Shown here one piece after another: positions 49,811 through 61,960 of a stretch of 64,000 nucleotides of DNA (its first letter is position 1; every line of letters begins with the position of its first letter). The stretch lies in the NCBI GenBank assembly GCA_000934665.2, contig KZ538002.1, positions 124,001 to 188,000 on the forward strand, given 5' to 3'. Source of the DNA: Catajapyx aquilonaris (lineage: Eukaryota). The notes beneath the pieces are model-generated. The model ran no database searches. It was not told the DNA's origin and saw only the letters and a program-made list of their open reading frames with translations. The translations under genes and the position numbers were made by a program.

Positions 49811-50371
49811 CAGGATGTTTCAGAGTCACGGGTCAAGCGCGCGCGAGAGGGTGGGGAAAATCGTAGGTAGTGGCAACCCCGGTCGGTTTTATAAAACAAT
49901 TAGAAATACGTAAGTAATCCATTTATTTATTACGGCCGTACGGCGTGACGTCACATCCTTTCTGTTCGAATTGACTGGCGCGGACTGGCCGATGCAGTAG
50001 TGGGTTGAACCTGGTTGAGCGGCTTTTTAGCCTTGCGGGTTGCACTGAAAAAGGCGCTCTCATGCTTATACCGGTAGGGTACTGTACACACTACTGTACA
50101 GTACCCTACCGGTATAAGCATGAGATCGCCTTTTTCAGTGCAACCCGCAAGGCTAAAAAGCCGTTCAACCAGGTTCAACCCACTGCACGTCTGCCAGTCC
50201 GCGCCAGTCAATTCGAACAGAAAGGATGTGACGTCACGCCGTACTGCAGTAACAAATAAATTGATTACTGCCGTATTTCTAATTGTTTTATAAAACCGAC
50301 CGGGGTTGCCACTACCTACGATTTTCCCCACCCTCTCGCGCGCGCTTGACCCGTGACGCTGAAGCACCCTC
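49811..50371. mobile_element. 561-bp foldback MITE (Tc1/mariner-like termini), TA TSD
   Basis: Arms 49811-50088 and 50095-50371 are near-perfectly complementary around a 6-nt loop (cactac). TA|caggatgtttcag ... ctgaagcaccctc|TA. Confidence 0.95.
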
Positions 50372-50382
50372 TATAAAGCGTG

Positions 50383-50406
50383 TACTACTACTACTACTAC
50401 TAATAC

Positions 50407-50454
<48 letters not shown>
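50383..50454. repeat. Compound (TAC)n(TAA)n microsatellite
   Basis: Direct reading. Confidence 0.98.
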
Positions 50455-50455
<1 letters not shown>

Positions 50456-50594
50456 GGGTTGAAAATTGAAAATTGCATTAGGCCTTATTGGCTCAATTTA
50501 ATTCAAACAATTCTGCAAGGCCCTTAATTTATATAAAATAACACTGATGTGACCATCAAAATAAAGGATTTAACAATATCGTACAAATAAATTT

Positions 50595-51489
50595 AATAAT
50601 GCGGCGCGGAATTCGATGGGTAAGCTACCATAACCCAAAGTAGCTGTGGGTTTCAAATCTGCTTTCCATTTTTATCTATACTACATGCGGTTTTCTTGCA
50701 ATGATAATAATGTAATAATTTGATTATAAAATTTCTACAATTAACTGAAATGAAACGACTGATTTATTTTTAAAAACACGTCTTAACCTAATTACCCCAA
50801 TTATACAAAAAGATAGTGTTTCTAAACACAGAAAAACTCATCTAGTATATTATAGGGACATAAAATATTTTTCAAATAAATAATCAAAGCTACTGTAACT
50901 AAGGGAACTTTTTGGCTACATAACCCAAAATTAGTGTTATTGGAATATCCTGCTGGGTTATCAAAGAAGCAGAAATCAGATAGGGCAGCTGGGATGTTCC
51001 AATGGTGGCCGATTACTGCTGGTATGGTGCTTAGTAAGAGATGACCCTCACAGAAAATTAATCCCAAATACAAGTCATCCTAGATTTCATTTGATTCAAA
51101 GAGGAAATGCCAAGAGAGCTAATATTTTGGGCCGGGGGCCGGTATGGCCAAAAAGTTCCCTTGCTTAGCTTTGATGATTTATTTGAAAAAGATTTATGCC
51201 CCTATAGTTTAAATTAGACATGTTACAGTATTCTGTGTGTTTCAGAACAATTTTGGTATAATATTGGGATAATATATTATAATTATATTAAGTGTTTTTA
51301 AATTATTTGTTCCATGTAATTGGTAGTAAGTTATACAGTATAATCAAATTATCACATTAATATCATTGTAAGAAAACCGCACACGATAGTCGATAGGGAA
51401 AAAATGGAAAGCAGATCTGAAATCAGCACTCTGGAGTTCGGGTAGGTCACCCATCAAACCTCGTGCCGCAATATCATTGCAGGGTAGTG
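50595..51489. mobile_element. Old foldback element with about 330-bp diverged inverted arms, Chapaev3-like right end
   Basis: About 50595-50930 is the imperfect reverse complement of about 51140-51475 (e.g. atctgctttccattttt/aaaaatggaaagcagat; aagggaactttttggc/gccaaaaagttccctt). The right end is ...gtagtg|TAA; the left terminus is unclear. Confidence 0.7.
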
Positions 51490-52665
51490 TAATATAGTAC
51501 CGTATTATTAGTAGAGGATGGTTAACTCAATTTCATCCAAAATGTGACTGATCGTCCTGCATTAATTTTCAAGTCTTCACATGTTAAATTGTCTGACAGC
51601 CATGTCTCATGTGGCCATATTTTCCTCTTATTTCATACAAGTCATTACTACTGTACCCCTTTTATTAGCTCGCACACACTGAAGGAGATCCCGATATTGT
51701 TGCCATGTGTAGAAAAATTTACAATATTTTTAGCGCATGCAGTTTCTTTCGAATATCTCAAACCTGCTTATACGCTGCGACTATACTGTGCTTTGAATGA
51801 ATATGTGATATTCTGGGAAGTTTTCTCCGAGAAGAATGCATTTACCGCGCCTTCAGGCAATGCTACGTACACCCGCGAGCATAAACATGGAGACGGCAGG
51901 CCCTCACCTTCGGCAGGCTGCAATGCCAATTTCAGCAATTACGGTATCAAATATACTGTCATAAATACACGAACACACGCCTGAAGCAGCTAACTCGGTC
52001 CAAAAAGAGTTCATTCATTTGAGTCGGATAAAGAAAGGTCAAAAAAGGGCCTGCAGTCTCCATCTTTATGCTCGCGGGGGTACATATACGCGTATTCAAC
52101 TAGATTTTCACAATATGATGTTTCTTGGGTTTGTTCTCACTCCTGATCTGAATTTGAGTAATTATGCCGACTACTCTTCGGGATGCGGTGTGATAATCTT
52201 AGGAACAATATTTAACTAAAATGATAAGTTATTGCAAATTGTGTTTTATGAATTCAGTATCTATACTCCCGGGAGGGAGACAAATAACACAGCACCTGCG
52301 TTATTGCACACGTTTGGTGTTTAAGAACCACGTCACGATTTACAATATGCAAAATAACGTTGAATTTTACGCTGAAAATTTGCATAAATAAAAAACAAAA
52401 TGTCGCTTTTTATTCACCATTATAGAAACAACGTTCACTAAAAATAATCGTGCAACGTAGCGTCCTTGACCCAGGAACAAGTTACTTTTTGTTGAATATA
52501 GGAACCTGAAAAAAGTTTTGTAGCCTGGAAAGTATTTTTTGTTGCACTCTGAAACATAACAAGTCTTCTTAATGATGCTTCATTGTTTCTTATAGGGAAG
52601 TTTTTTCATTAAATAGGATATCTTATAAGAAAGGTATGACTAGGTTGAACTCATCGAATGTATAC

Positions 52666-53043
52666 CAGTACCGGTAATAAAGAATGGTACGACACTATAT
52701 GGACGAAATGATTATTCTGATCCCAACCCCTAGGTCGCCAGCATGTTTTTAGGGGTCATGAGGAAGTCAGGGAAAAGGGAATCAAAATAAACAAGGAAAA
52801 AAAGCAAATAAGGAAAATTTTAGGGGGAAAATTCATATCTAATCTACGTAATAATTGCACCTGGTTGAACATTTTGCTAATTAAATTTTTTATTTAAAAA
52901 TGGCGATGGGTCATACGAGTCACGAGAGGTCCAGGAAAGGTTGTCCATACAGGGCGTCGTCGAAATAAGGTTGGGAATAATGCTGGATAATCAGGATAAA
53001 CATTTCGTCCATAGAGCCGTACCATTCTTTATGAACGAGACTA
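52666..53043. mobile_element. Tc1-like MITE (about 55-bp arms) containing a nested hAT-like fragment (about 52721-52985)
   Basis: ataaagaatggtacg...atggacgaaatg...tgat vs atca...catttcgtccat...cgtaccattctttat. The interior runs cccaacc ... aaggttgggaataatgctg. Confidence 0.65.
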
Positions 53044-54090
53044 TACTTGTACCTGTACTATACAGTATTTTCTGTGTGAAGCAAAACTAATATTTAAAAA
53101 TATTGCACTAACGATTCCGATCATTATTCCTGAACTTTCGTGACTCCCTATAGTTCTATGCGTCAGTATTATTTTAATACTAATATTACATAGCTTATAT
53201 GTTCTTATATGCCAAACAACCCTTTAACTTGACAGGAATGGTTTATCCGTAGGCCTATCTAGTGCTGGTGTATTTCTCTGCCAAAAGACTGCAGCAAATT
53301 GCTTCTTACTGTTTAGTTATAATTGCAGCCCTTTTGACATATCAAGTGGATAATACGGCATTACAGGGACGGAATCTATAGCGCAATTATTGTCCTGAGG
53401 GAGACCGGGGGAAACATACAGAAACACTCCGGTCGAGACGGGAGTGTCGCACCTGTCACTCCTGGAATGACAATCTGAAAGTCTATAGAGACTGTTGATA
53501 GGCTGCCTCGGTAATTAAGAGTGTTTCTGATGTTCTTTTATGATTGTCAAAGAGGGGGCATGGAGTGTGTCAAGTAAATGACACTTGTCAAGGTATAGAG
53601 ACATAACCCTCATTCTACAATACTCAGTATGCAGTTTGCGTCCCATCTGTAGCCGGGTGGCTGCCTGCTACATCTAATGAGATAGCAGTTCAACAAAATA
53701 TTGCACTATACCGTAACACATAAATTTTAAACTGAATGGCAAGGTGGAGGATCGTGTACCTGCCAAAATATGGTATATTTTATGCTTGAAGTGGTTCAAG
53801 TATACAAACTGAGTTGTTGAGACCAAATGACAAAACAAAAATCGGTGCACATGAATTTTATATTTTAAAAATTTATGAGTATAAACTCTGCAAATGAAGC
53901 CACCGAAACATTTCAATTACAAAGGAATTCTCAATAACTTTTGTAACGGGGGAAGGTGGGGTTCTTTATTGTACATAGCCTACTGGGGGAGCGAAGGTAT
54001 ATGGTACCGGACCTGGGGAAGGGTTAGGGGCACTTCTGGGTGTTGTAATTTTATTAACTACTAGCTTGGAGTGTGTCATATATTTAATTA

Positions 54091-54243
54091 CAGTAAAACT
54101 TCTATAGGTTGAATCTCCGTTGGGACCGGAAAAAACTTCGAGTTATAGAAGATTCGAGTTAGAGAAGTTTGGAATTTTTAAACACATAACTCTATAACTG
54201 AGGAAGCCTACCTTTATATCCAGCGACGAAAGTTGTTCAAAAG
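54091..54243 (+). mobile_element. pogo-like MITE terminal fragment
   Basis: TA|cagtaaaacttctata...gggaccggaaaaaacttcgagttatagaagattcgagttagag. 54134-54242 is the diverged reverse complement of 63895-64000. Confidence 0.75.
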
Positions 54244-54505
54244 TTGTGTCGGGAACACAAGCCGCAGCTTTTGACGTGAATACGTCTTTAAAATCGGATC
54301 AGTATTGGGGGAGTGAATTGATTGCTTATTATCAGTATTGAAGTCTGGATACATGCAGCACGGTAATCCTAAAGTCTGGACACATTCATGGTGACCCTAA
54401 AGTCTGGACACTCATGGTGACCCTCCTAAGAATATCCCTGCATGCCCCCCTGCATGCCCCCGCCATGGGTCCCATGGCAGGGTCCTGACTATAACACTCA
54501 CACGC

Positions 54506-54729
54506 CACTTAGGATATAGTAGACTCGGATATAATAGCCTGTAACGCTTTTCTGTAACGCGCGAGTTTGCCTCCATGCCCCCTATGCGGATCCGAATTTA
54601 GCCACTCCGGATATAGTAGACTCGGTTATAATAGACTCGGATATAGTAGACTGTAACGCTTTTCTGTAACGCTCGAGTTTGCCTCCATGCCCCCTATGTT
54701 GATCCGAATTTAGCCACTCCGGATATAGT
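54506..54729. repeat. 112-bp tandem duplication with 15-bp actcggatatagtag subrepeats
   Basis: ctgtaacgcttttctgtaacgc...gccactccggatatagt at 54539 and 54651. Confidence 0.9.
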
Positions 54730-54986
54730 CAAGAGCATCGGACGAGTTGTCTTTGGGCTAATTTTCGACGGGCGAGTTGTCGTCGGGCGAATGTGCATCG
54801 GGCGAACTCTGACGGAACCATTTGCCACTTTACAAAATCAGGTGACAGGTTGTCACGTGGAAGGTCCTAGATTCGAATCCTGATGATGATTACCGAGATT
54901 TACTTGAATTTCCCTTGTGACTTATTTCACACACATAAAGGCAATAGTAAATTTTCTCTACATATTCTTGTATGCCCATGCTTCAT

Positions 54987-55334
54987 GGCCTTTAATTTGT
55001 TTCAACTTCTTCGGCATCAGTGTAAGAACCCCTGTCGAGGAGTGTTTCTATATATACAGGGTGTTTCCGAGCTATCTTTACAAACTTCTATAGGGATAAT
55101 AGAGGGGACCAAGACAAACATATTTCATATAGGAACTCCTGTCCGGAAACGCCATCTAGAGGGGGTTCATAGACAAGGAACGGGTGTGCTCAGTCGCATT
55201 TCCGGACACTGGTTCCTATATAAAATATGTTTGTCTTGGTCCCCTCTATTACCCCTAGAAGTTTGTAAAGATAGCTCGGAAACACCCTGTGGTTCTTACT
55301 CTGATGCCGAAGAAATTGAAACAAATTAAAGGCC
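54987..55334. mobile_element. Outer inverted-repeat element (44-bp arms) enclosing a MITE
   Basis: ggcctttaatttgtttcaacttcttcggcatcagtgtaagaacc (54987-55030) / ggttcttactctgatgccgaagaaattgaaacaaattaaaggcc (55291-55334). Confidence 0.85.
55057..55289. mobile_element. Tc1/mariner-type palindromic MITE (about 92-bp arms)
   Basis: TA|cagggtgtttccgagctatctttacaaacttcta ... tagaagtttgtaaagatagctcggaaacaccctg|TG. Confidence 0.9.
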
Positions 55335-55569
55335 GGGAGCCCGAGAGCCTGAAATGCGTGGTATTATTTTGGAAACAAAACAGTTTATGTCATGGTATCT
55401 CATAAGTAAAATATAGTTTGCCCAGCGAAAGAATGAGGCTATGATGTCTCTCTTTAACAATGAATAACTCGCAGGTTGCTTGGCGACTCATTCTGATGGG
55501 AATTGGTTTGAGAAAGTGACGTCATGTCATTCTTTCACTGGTCAAACTACAGTAAGCGAAAGAAAATTC

Positions 55570-55985
55570 ATGTTTCGTAGCTATGATGGATTTCCATAGA
55601 ATAACCGAGTAAAGCCTTTGTTTTGTGTGGGGCTGGTGCGTCGCATCCTCTGTAACTTGGTTGCCTGAGTGGCTCAAATTTAGGGCGTTCTGAAATAATA
55701 CTTGCCTGGATAACTGGCCTTTTGGAAATAAATGAGAACTTAATTGTACGATGCAAGGGAATCTTGTCATTTAGAAAAACAGGCACTCCTGCTGCAGATA
55801 TCTTTGCCAAAAGCCAAAGTGAGCGCGTTTGAAATAGACCAAAAGTGGACTTATGGCCATTTAGAAAATAATGTTATAAAGGTCTTCCCGACAACAGCCA
55901 AAATAATAGTCAGTCATATTGTGACTGAAGATTTATTTTCTAAAAAACCAATGTTGCACAAAATTATATCAGCATTGGTCAGCTG
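55570..55985 (-). mobile_element. Decayed LINE AP-endonuclease fragment (L1/Tx1-like)
   Basis: NADIIL ... SAAGVPVFLNDKIP ... AP in the order expected for ADIIFLQET ... GVAIL ... YAP. Confidence 0.35.
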
Positions 55986-56329
55986 AGGCCTTTGGGTGTT
56001 AACTGTGGGTTCCCAGGATTATTCAATTAGTTTATGACACGGTCCAGGATTTACCTTTAGAATGCCAATGAAGGTCCGGACCGTACCCCCTCCCCCCCCC
56101 CCAAAAAAAAACCTCCCCTCCCTTACTTCATAATTCACAAAACACTTCACTAGTGCGAAAAGTTGCACTTTTCGTCCGCAACCAACTTCGCGAAATCTGA
56201 TGGGTGCGAAGTTGTCTGACAATTTGCAGGCAGACTACCAAATGGTCTTTGTGACAAGTTGCTTCGGTGTTTATTTCTTATCCTGTCCTCTGCCTCCACC
56301 TTCCTCATGTTCTTCATGGGTCCACCAAA

Positions 56330-57850
56330 CTACCCTTTGACTGCCTTTGACTCACACCACACAACTACACAAGAACTGATCACGTGTAAAACCAGCTACT
56401 ATCTGCACCAAGACCTCTGAAATGAAGTCCCAGTCTAGAACCAAAATAGGGGAAGAATTAGAAAAAGGAAATGTGGCCGATATAGTTTCCATTAAATTAA
56501 AATGGGTCAGTATAAATTGATCCCATATCCTACCCATTAGTTCCTACAAACAACAGGGGTCCGTTCAAGCAGGGGTCATTTCTTGGAAGTGAAAGCATGT
56601 GCAGCAAGGGTCAAGGGTCTATCTAGGCAGGACATGTTGAAACATTTTTCCATTTGTGATATGTAGTTGACATCGTGGCGGTCCGGACAAAATTTCTCCA
56701 CGGTCCGCCATGCAGTTGAATAGCTCTGGAATATCCTGCTCTTATAAGTTTAGTTTATCGGATGTATACAGGGTGTTTCTAAAGGTGTGCACTTTCTTTT
56801 GGACTTAGGTTCCTTGCGATATTCCAAGAAGAAATGCGGATGATTTTGCCCATATTGTCTTCATTACGGAGAGAGTCTATACTCTATAGTACATTAGTAC
56901 ATGTAGCACCAAGAGCTAATGGTAGCAATTAAACATTTGTTGTGGTACCCAAAGTTAAGGGAACCCATGTATATACTGTACAGTGTAGCAATGTGGTGGA
57001 ATAACCTGCAAAATGTCCCCTGAGCTTTTGATGTGGAGTCATACATATCACTGCTAGAGCCCATAAAATGGGCTTTCCTAAGATGTAACTCACTGCCCCA
57101 CTTGAAGGCGAAGCGACAAAAGTGTGCGTGAGATTTTTACATACAGGTTATGTGAGCTAGCCGTAGCCCATTGTCAATTTTTGGGAATTGCGTTGTTAAA
57201 GTGTCTTCGTATGGTAGCACAATTCCGGATGCAATAATCGCCAGCTGCATTTGGCATGACAAACGGGCTAAAAGTATTGCTTCACAGCTATATATTGTAT
57301 CAAAGAAAACTGGTTGGCGACTTTGGCAATATTATGGCGACGTGGAAACGGATCAGTAAATATGCACAGGTCTTTGTAAAGATGATAAAATATTCCAGAA
57401 TGAATGAGTTGGGAATCAGACAGCCGGATGGCCTGTGTTGAAAGTTTCTCAAGCCGTGCAAAAATGGGAGCCACCGAAGACGCCATGGCCCGGTTTTTTC
57501 CCAACCGAAAATAATGAATGGCTTATACTGTATTTCCTTTGTATAGTAGGGCCCAAGCCATAATTTGTGGATGGCAATTATACAGTAGGCGGGAGTGGAA
57601 TTTATTTTTACAGTGTCATCCGTCGTTCTAATGACACAATTAAGTTTATGGCTCTTCGTGGCGATGGTATAAGCATTCCAGCAGCGGCCATTTTCTTTGA
57701 AATGACACAATCCTGTGCAGAAAGGGGCTGGTGTATAATTTGGCAAGCATGATGCGTGCACTGGAAGGGCAATTCGTATACGGACTGACTGGGCGAGCCT
57801 GTCTGGCGGCCACTGCAATGACATCAGATGATGCCGGGTTGCGTCCCTTA
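56330..57850 (-). mobile_element. Long decayed LINE ORF2 (APE through RT N-terminus)
   Basis: Colinear relics MSLQW, CLPNY, PFIIFG, FHVAIIL, then CPDRHDVNY (SPGPDxIxY-like) and RPLTL (RPIxL-like). Interrupted near 56769 by a CAGGGTGTTTC mariner-type end. Confidence 0.4.
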
Positions 57851-59839
57851 TAATAATGCTTCTTATGCGCCCGCGAAATCCTCCCCCGTCGATGATAACG
57901 TTCCCAGGAATTTTTCCGGGCCTCTCATTTATCTCCAGTATCATTTGCAGGTACACGTCACAGCCATTTTTTTTACAAATAATTCTCATATCAAGAGTTC
58001 CCATACGAAAATTTGGATTTTAGTTGGCACCTTTTGAACCTGATGAAATATATGACCTGTTTGTAGGCGTGTAGGTGGGCAGCCTATACTGGCATCGTAT
58101 CCGAAGTGATTGCACGTAACCTACGTAGTATATAGGAGGAGAAGATGAGAAGGAGAGACTCGAAATTGATTAGCTGCAGGGCAAGCACGTGAACCTGATT
58201 GTTTTCTCGGGAGGCCGGCACCAGCAGAAAAATGGCATTTTGGGTTCCTTCCCCCCGAACAAGAAGCAAGAAAAAGAGAGATAGATGGTAAGAAAGAGAG
58301 GGGGAGAAAAAATTGCTCTGGTCGTGTATAGGCCTATGTACCCTCGCATGTGTGTAGGGAGGGAAGTGGGGGGGGGGGGTTGTAAGGTGGGTGCTGTAAT
58401 CCGGGTTGTGAAGCCGGCCATCGTCCAGCTAATCATGGCTACCTGCCCACTCTCATCTCATCCCGAGCTATCTCGATCGGGTTAATAATCGGACAATGCA
58501 GCCCTCCTTCCATCCCACCTTGCATGCTGGGTCGCCTCAATTACTTCTTTCCATGCCCACCTTAATTGCACTTCCTCTATCAGCAGTCTTGGGAATGGAA
58601 TTCCGAAATTTTTACCATCACCCACCGTTATGTATACATTGGCAAATTTTGAGGGGAGGGAGGGGAGCCTAGGCGTGCAGGGTTCTTTTTTTGCGTCAGT
58701 CTTAATTATGGGGTTGTGTTCATTCGGTGGTGCACACATGGATGGTGTCCGTTCAGACACTTTTGGTCTTTCATATTGAGTTCTTGACCTTGGTTGGTGA
58801 CCCCACCCCGCCCAAAGAAGGGGCTGAGAGAATCAATTTTGAACTTCTTGCAGATTCATGTTGTCGATACGGAATGTTTCCATTTATTTATTTATTTATT
58901 TATTTAAGTTATTTATTTATTTATATTGTTGATGATTTGTTTATTTTTAAGGCGTGCATATTGTTGTGTCTTACATTTGTCATGGAAGACTGATTAAAAG
59001 CACGCAATATATACATCTCGCTTCAAAATTGAGCTCACATTCTGTCTGTACAGTGTTTGATTATTTGATTGGTACGAGTACGGTACCTATGCGCGATGCC
59101 TTGGCCATGAATACTACTGAATGAATTTAAGGCTGTTTCAAGGAATAACAAAAACCAATTATCCGACAAGCAAGCACTAACTGCGATCTACAGTATCATA
59201 ATCACCCGATTGACCTCGTATACCATGGAGATGCCCTCGTGATGCAACAAATGGAGTAAACTCTTCTAATAAAAATGACATTTATTTTTATTTATTTATT
59301 TTAAATATTCGATAAATTTTGAACGAAACATTTCCGTATACCCTAGGTATAATTATAGTGTCGTTACTCATCTCGTCACATGGATTTATATAATGTATAC
59401 AATCCTATATCATTCCGCTGACAATATTATAATTGACAGCCTGCATGGGCTGCATGCATGCTAATGAACATAATGAACGATATATTAAACTGTTACAATT
59501 ATTGTAGAGTACCAGTACATTATTGCATGAAAATTGCGGGGCAAAATTGAAGAGACTTGTAGTCTACAGTACATGTGAAAGTAGTTTTTAGCACCTACTA
59601 AGAATGTATCTTATGCATGTGGTGCCTTATTATTACAGTTGGCAGCCTGCTCGTCTCCTAGGAAGCGTATTGTAGTTCAGAGAAAATAGAAAAGTCTCCA
59701 TTATAATTTGATCTCCACATACATCGAGATAGCTGGCTCAGCACAGCCTCTGTCCGGGATTGTGGACATCACGCAGGGATGCATAAGCTGTGAGGAATCC
59801 GGTTGCAGTTCCTCAGTGCAGCTCCTGGAGCCGGTGAAG

Positions 59840-60330
59840 ACTATAAGGTCCGAAGATAATGGCCAACAGAGGAGTGCCAGGAGACAAGCTGGGTAAGTTG
59901 GCCTGCTTCATGTATGCATCCCAACAATTCTTTGCAACCGGGTCTCTTCTCTCCTGTCCAGGGATTGTGGTAGACCCCGACCTGAAGAAGTCTCCTGAGG
60001 AGATCCATCGACTTCTCCTGGAAGCATCGGAACAGCTTGTGTCCGAGAACCGTTCCTGCAGCACCCACCTGCGCGCAGTTCGTCTATCCCTGCGAGGATT
60101 CCAAAGCATTCCAGAACCCACCCCAGAAGGTCTGCCTCCACATAACAAGTTCATATAGTTTACCAATACTTACTTCCAGCATACAGCATGTGTTATAATA
60201 ATTATGACTGTTCTCTCCCATAGACCTAGGATGGATCAAGATGTTGCAGCAAGACATTCAGATGTTCCACGCCCAGTTGGTTGGAGCCTGGCAAGAATAT
60301 TTGCAACTCAGGACCAGCCTTCTCCTTCGA
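59840..60330 (-). mobile_element. Decayed LINE AP-endonuclease fragment (CR1/Jockey group)
   Basis: Across a frameshift it reads ISSGDF...VYHNPWTG...GCKELL...LTQLV, resembling GDFNVHHxxWLG...GxxL...LxQLV. Confidence 0.45.
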
Positions 60331-61885
60331 GGGGAGTAACCCCTATCGGCAGAGGCCTAGTGACAATGTATTGATTGTTATACCAATTTGGGAAATATAT
60401 CATTTTAAAATTCCAAGTTATCTCTTTCATTCATCAGCACTCACTTCAGTGTTCCTCGCTTTGCACGGATGTTTGCAAATAAGTGACAAAGTTGCTCTTT
60501 GGAAACGGGAACATTCAAACTTATCACGTGCACTAACCCATAACAATATGGGGTGAGGAGTATCCTCCTCTTTCATATCCAGGCCAGCAGCATCTCAGCC
60601 AGCACCAGCAGTTTACGCCTTGCGTCTGTCGCAGTCTGTTGGAGGCTGGTTGGAGGTCAATATTAGCTAAGGGACATATTGAGTTACGGCTCTGAAAGGT
60701 GTACTTCTAGTGTTCCAATCCTATAGTTTATTTCCTGAATTTGGCGAGTGTCTCTTTACACCTATAGACTAATGTCGCGACATTTCATCGTAGATTTTAC
60801 ATGATAATTTCTCTGTGAAATATTACCGTTACGAGTGATTTTAAACTTTTAAGATTGTTAAACCTTCATTGCCTTCATTCTTATTACAGTAAAATGGCAT
60901 ATAGGGATAGGCCACATAGACCTTCACAATATGGGAAGAAAATTACCATCTCATAATTCGTGGGTCTATTACATTGTACTTCCACAAAGGCAATTAACAA
61001 TTAAATATAATAGTTATGACTGTACATTAGTAGTCTATAGGCCTACTGCAATAAAATACCGTATACGACTTTGATTTTTATATTTTATTTAATATTTAGG
61101 ATTTTTATGAATAGGATAATTATAGAGTTTCGCTGCACAAAGTAATAAAAAAGCTCGTAGTTGAGCAAATTTTTCCAAGGTTTTATCACTGAATTTTTAA
61201 TAATATATGTTGAGTTGCCAATTTTATTATGCAGTTTGTTCCAAGCAGCTCTATGCAACTCCTTTGATATGGTAGGGTACTTAGACTGTTGGAGAGTCTC
61301 CGCCACAGCGGATTTGGCGCTGCAGGCGCTCAATGAGGCCCCAGGGGCACTCGGGCGGTTGGCGGGCGAATCTGCAGACGGAGGCTGAGGACATAAAAGG
61401 AGCATGCAGCGATGTTGTGCGGTGAGTCGGGGGGGNNNNNNGGGCTCTGCAGTGGTTTGAGTTTGGATTTAATAGTTCAGAACGGTTCAGAAGGCGACAA
61501 GGCGTCCGCCCGAGACCCCGAGTGAGTCTGGGTCCCTCTCGGGCGCCGCCAGCGCCAATTCCAGGCTGGCGGAGACAGATACCGTCACGATACGGCTAGG
61601 CTGGGAGTTGCGGGGGCTGGTTCCAAGTATGCGTGTATAGTTTTTAGCTATCGCTAATATGACCTAAAGAGGTGATTTTTGTGTCTTGTTGCTCCCCGAT
61701 CCAGGTGCACTATTTTCTAGCAACTGGCCGTTTGTAATACATGACCATCTGGAAATAATTGGGCACCTGGATAGGGGCACAACAAACTACACAAAAATAA
61801 TTAGCCTACTTCGGACAATATTAGGCCTATCGATAACTAAAAACGACCCTGACACTTGGAACACACTGTATTTTATACTCTACAT

Positions 61886-61960
61886 CAGTGGTTCCCAAAC
61901 TCTTCGGGCCTCCACACCCCATTGACGACAGTTGGTCCTTCTCGTACCCCCTATTGGCCG
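61886..61960 (+). mobile_element. hAT (Charlie/Buster-type) terminal fragment
   Basis: CAGTGGTTCCCAAACT, preceded by an 8-mer with a central TA (ctcTAcat). The partner end was not found. Confidence 0.5.

Larger units (their letters stand above)
49515..50382 (-). mobile_element. Helentron/DINE-1-like (HINE) non-autonomous element, split by the foldback MITE
   Basis: Inverted cacgctttat (49541-49550) / ataaagcgtg (50373-50382). Removing the foldback restores CACGCTTTATATTAGCTTC on the minus strand, followed by a short GT-rich tract, central 50-bp tandem repeats, the second sub-TIR and a weak terminal stem-loop. Confidence 0.5.

Noticed and set aside
49951..50367. Mirror-image ORFs on both strands
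   Set aside because: An artefact of the foldback palindrome.
61280..61625. GC-rich island as a promoter or exon
   Set aside because: It contains an N gap and has no splice or core-promoter evidence; it may be a retroelement 5' remnant, but I cannot support a call.
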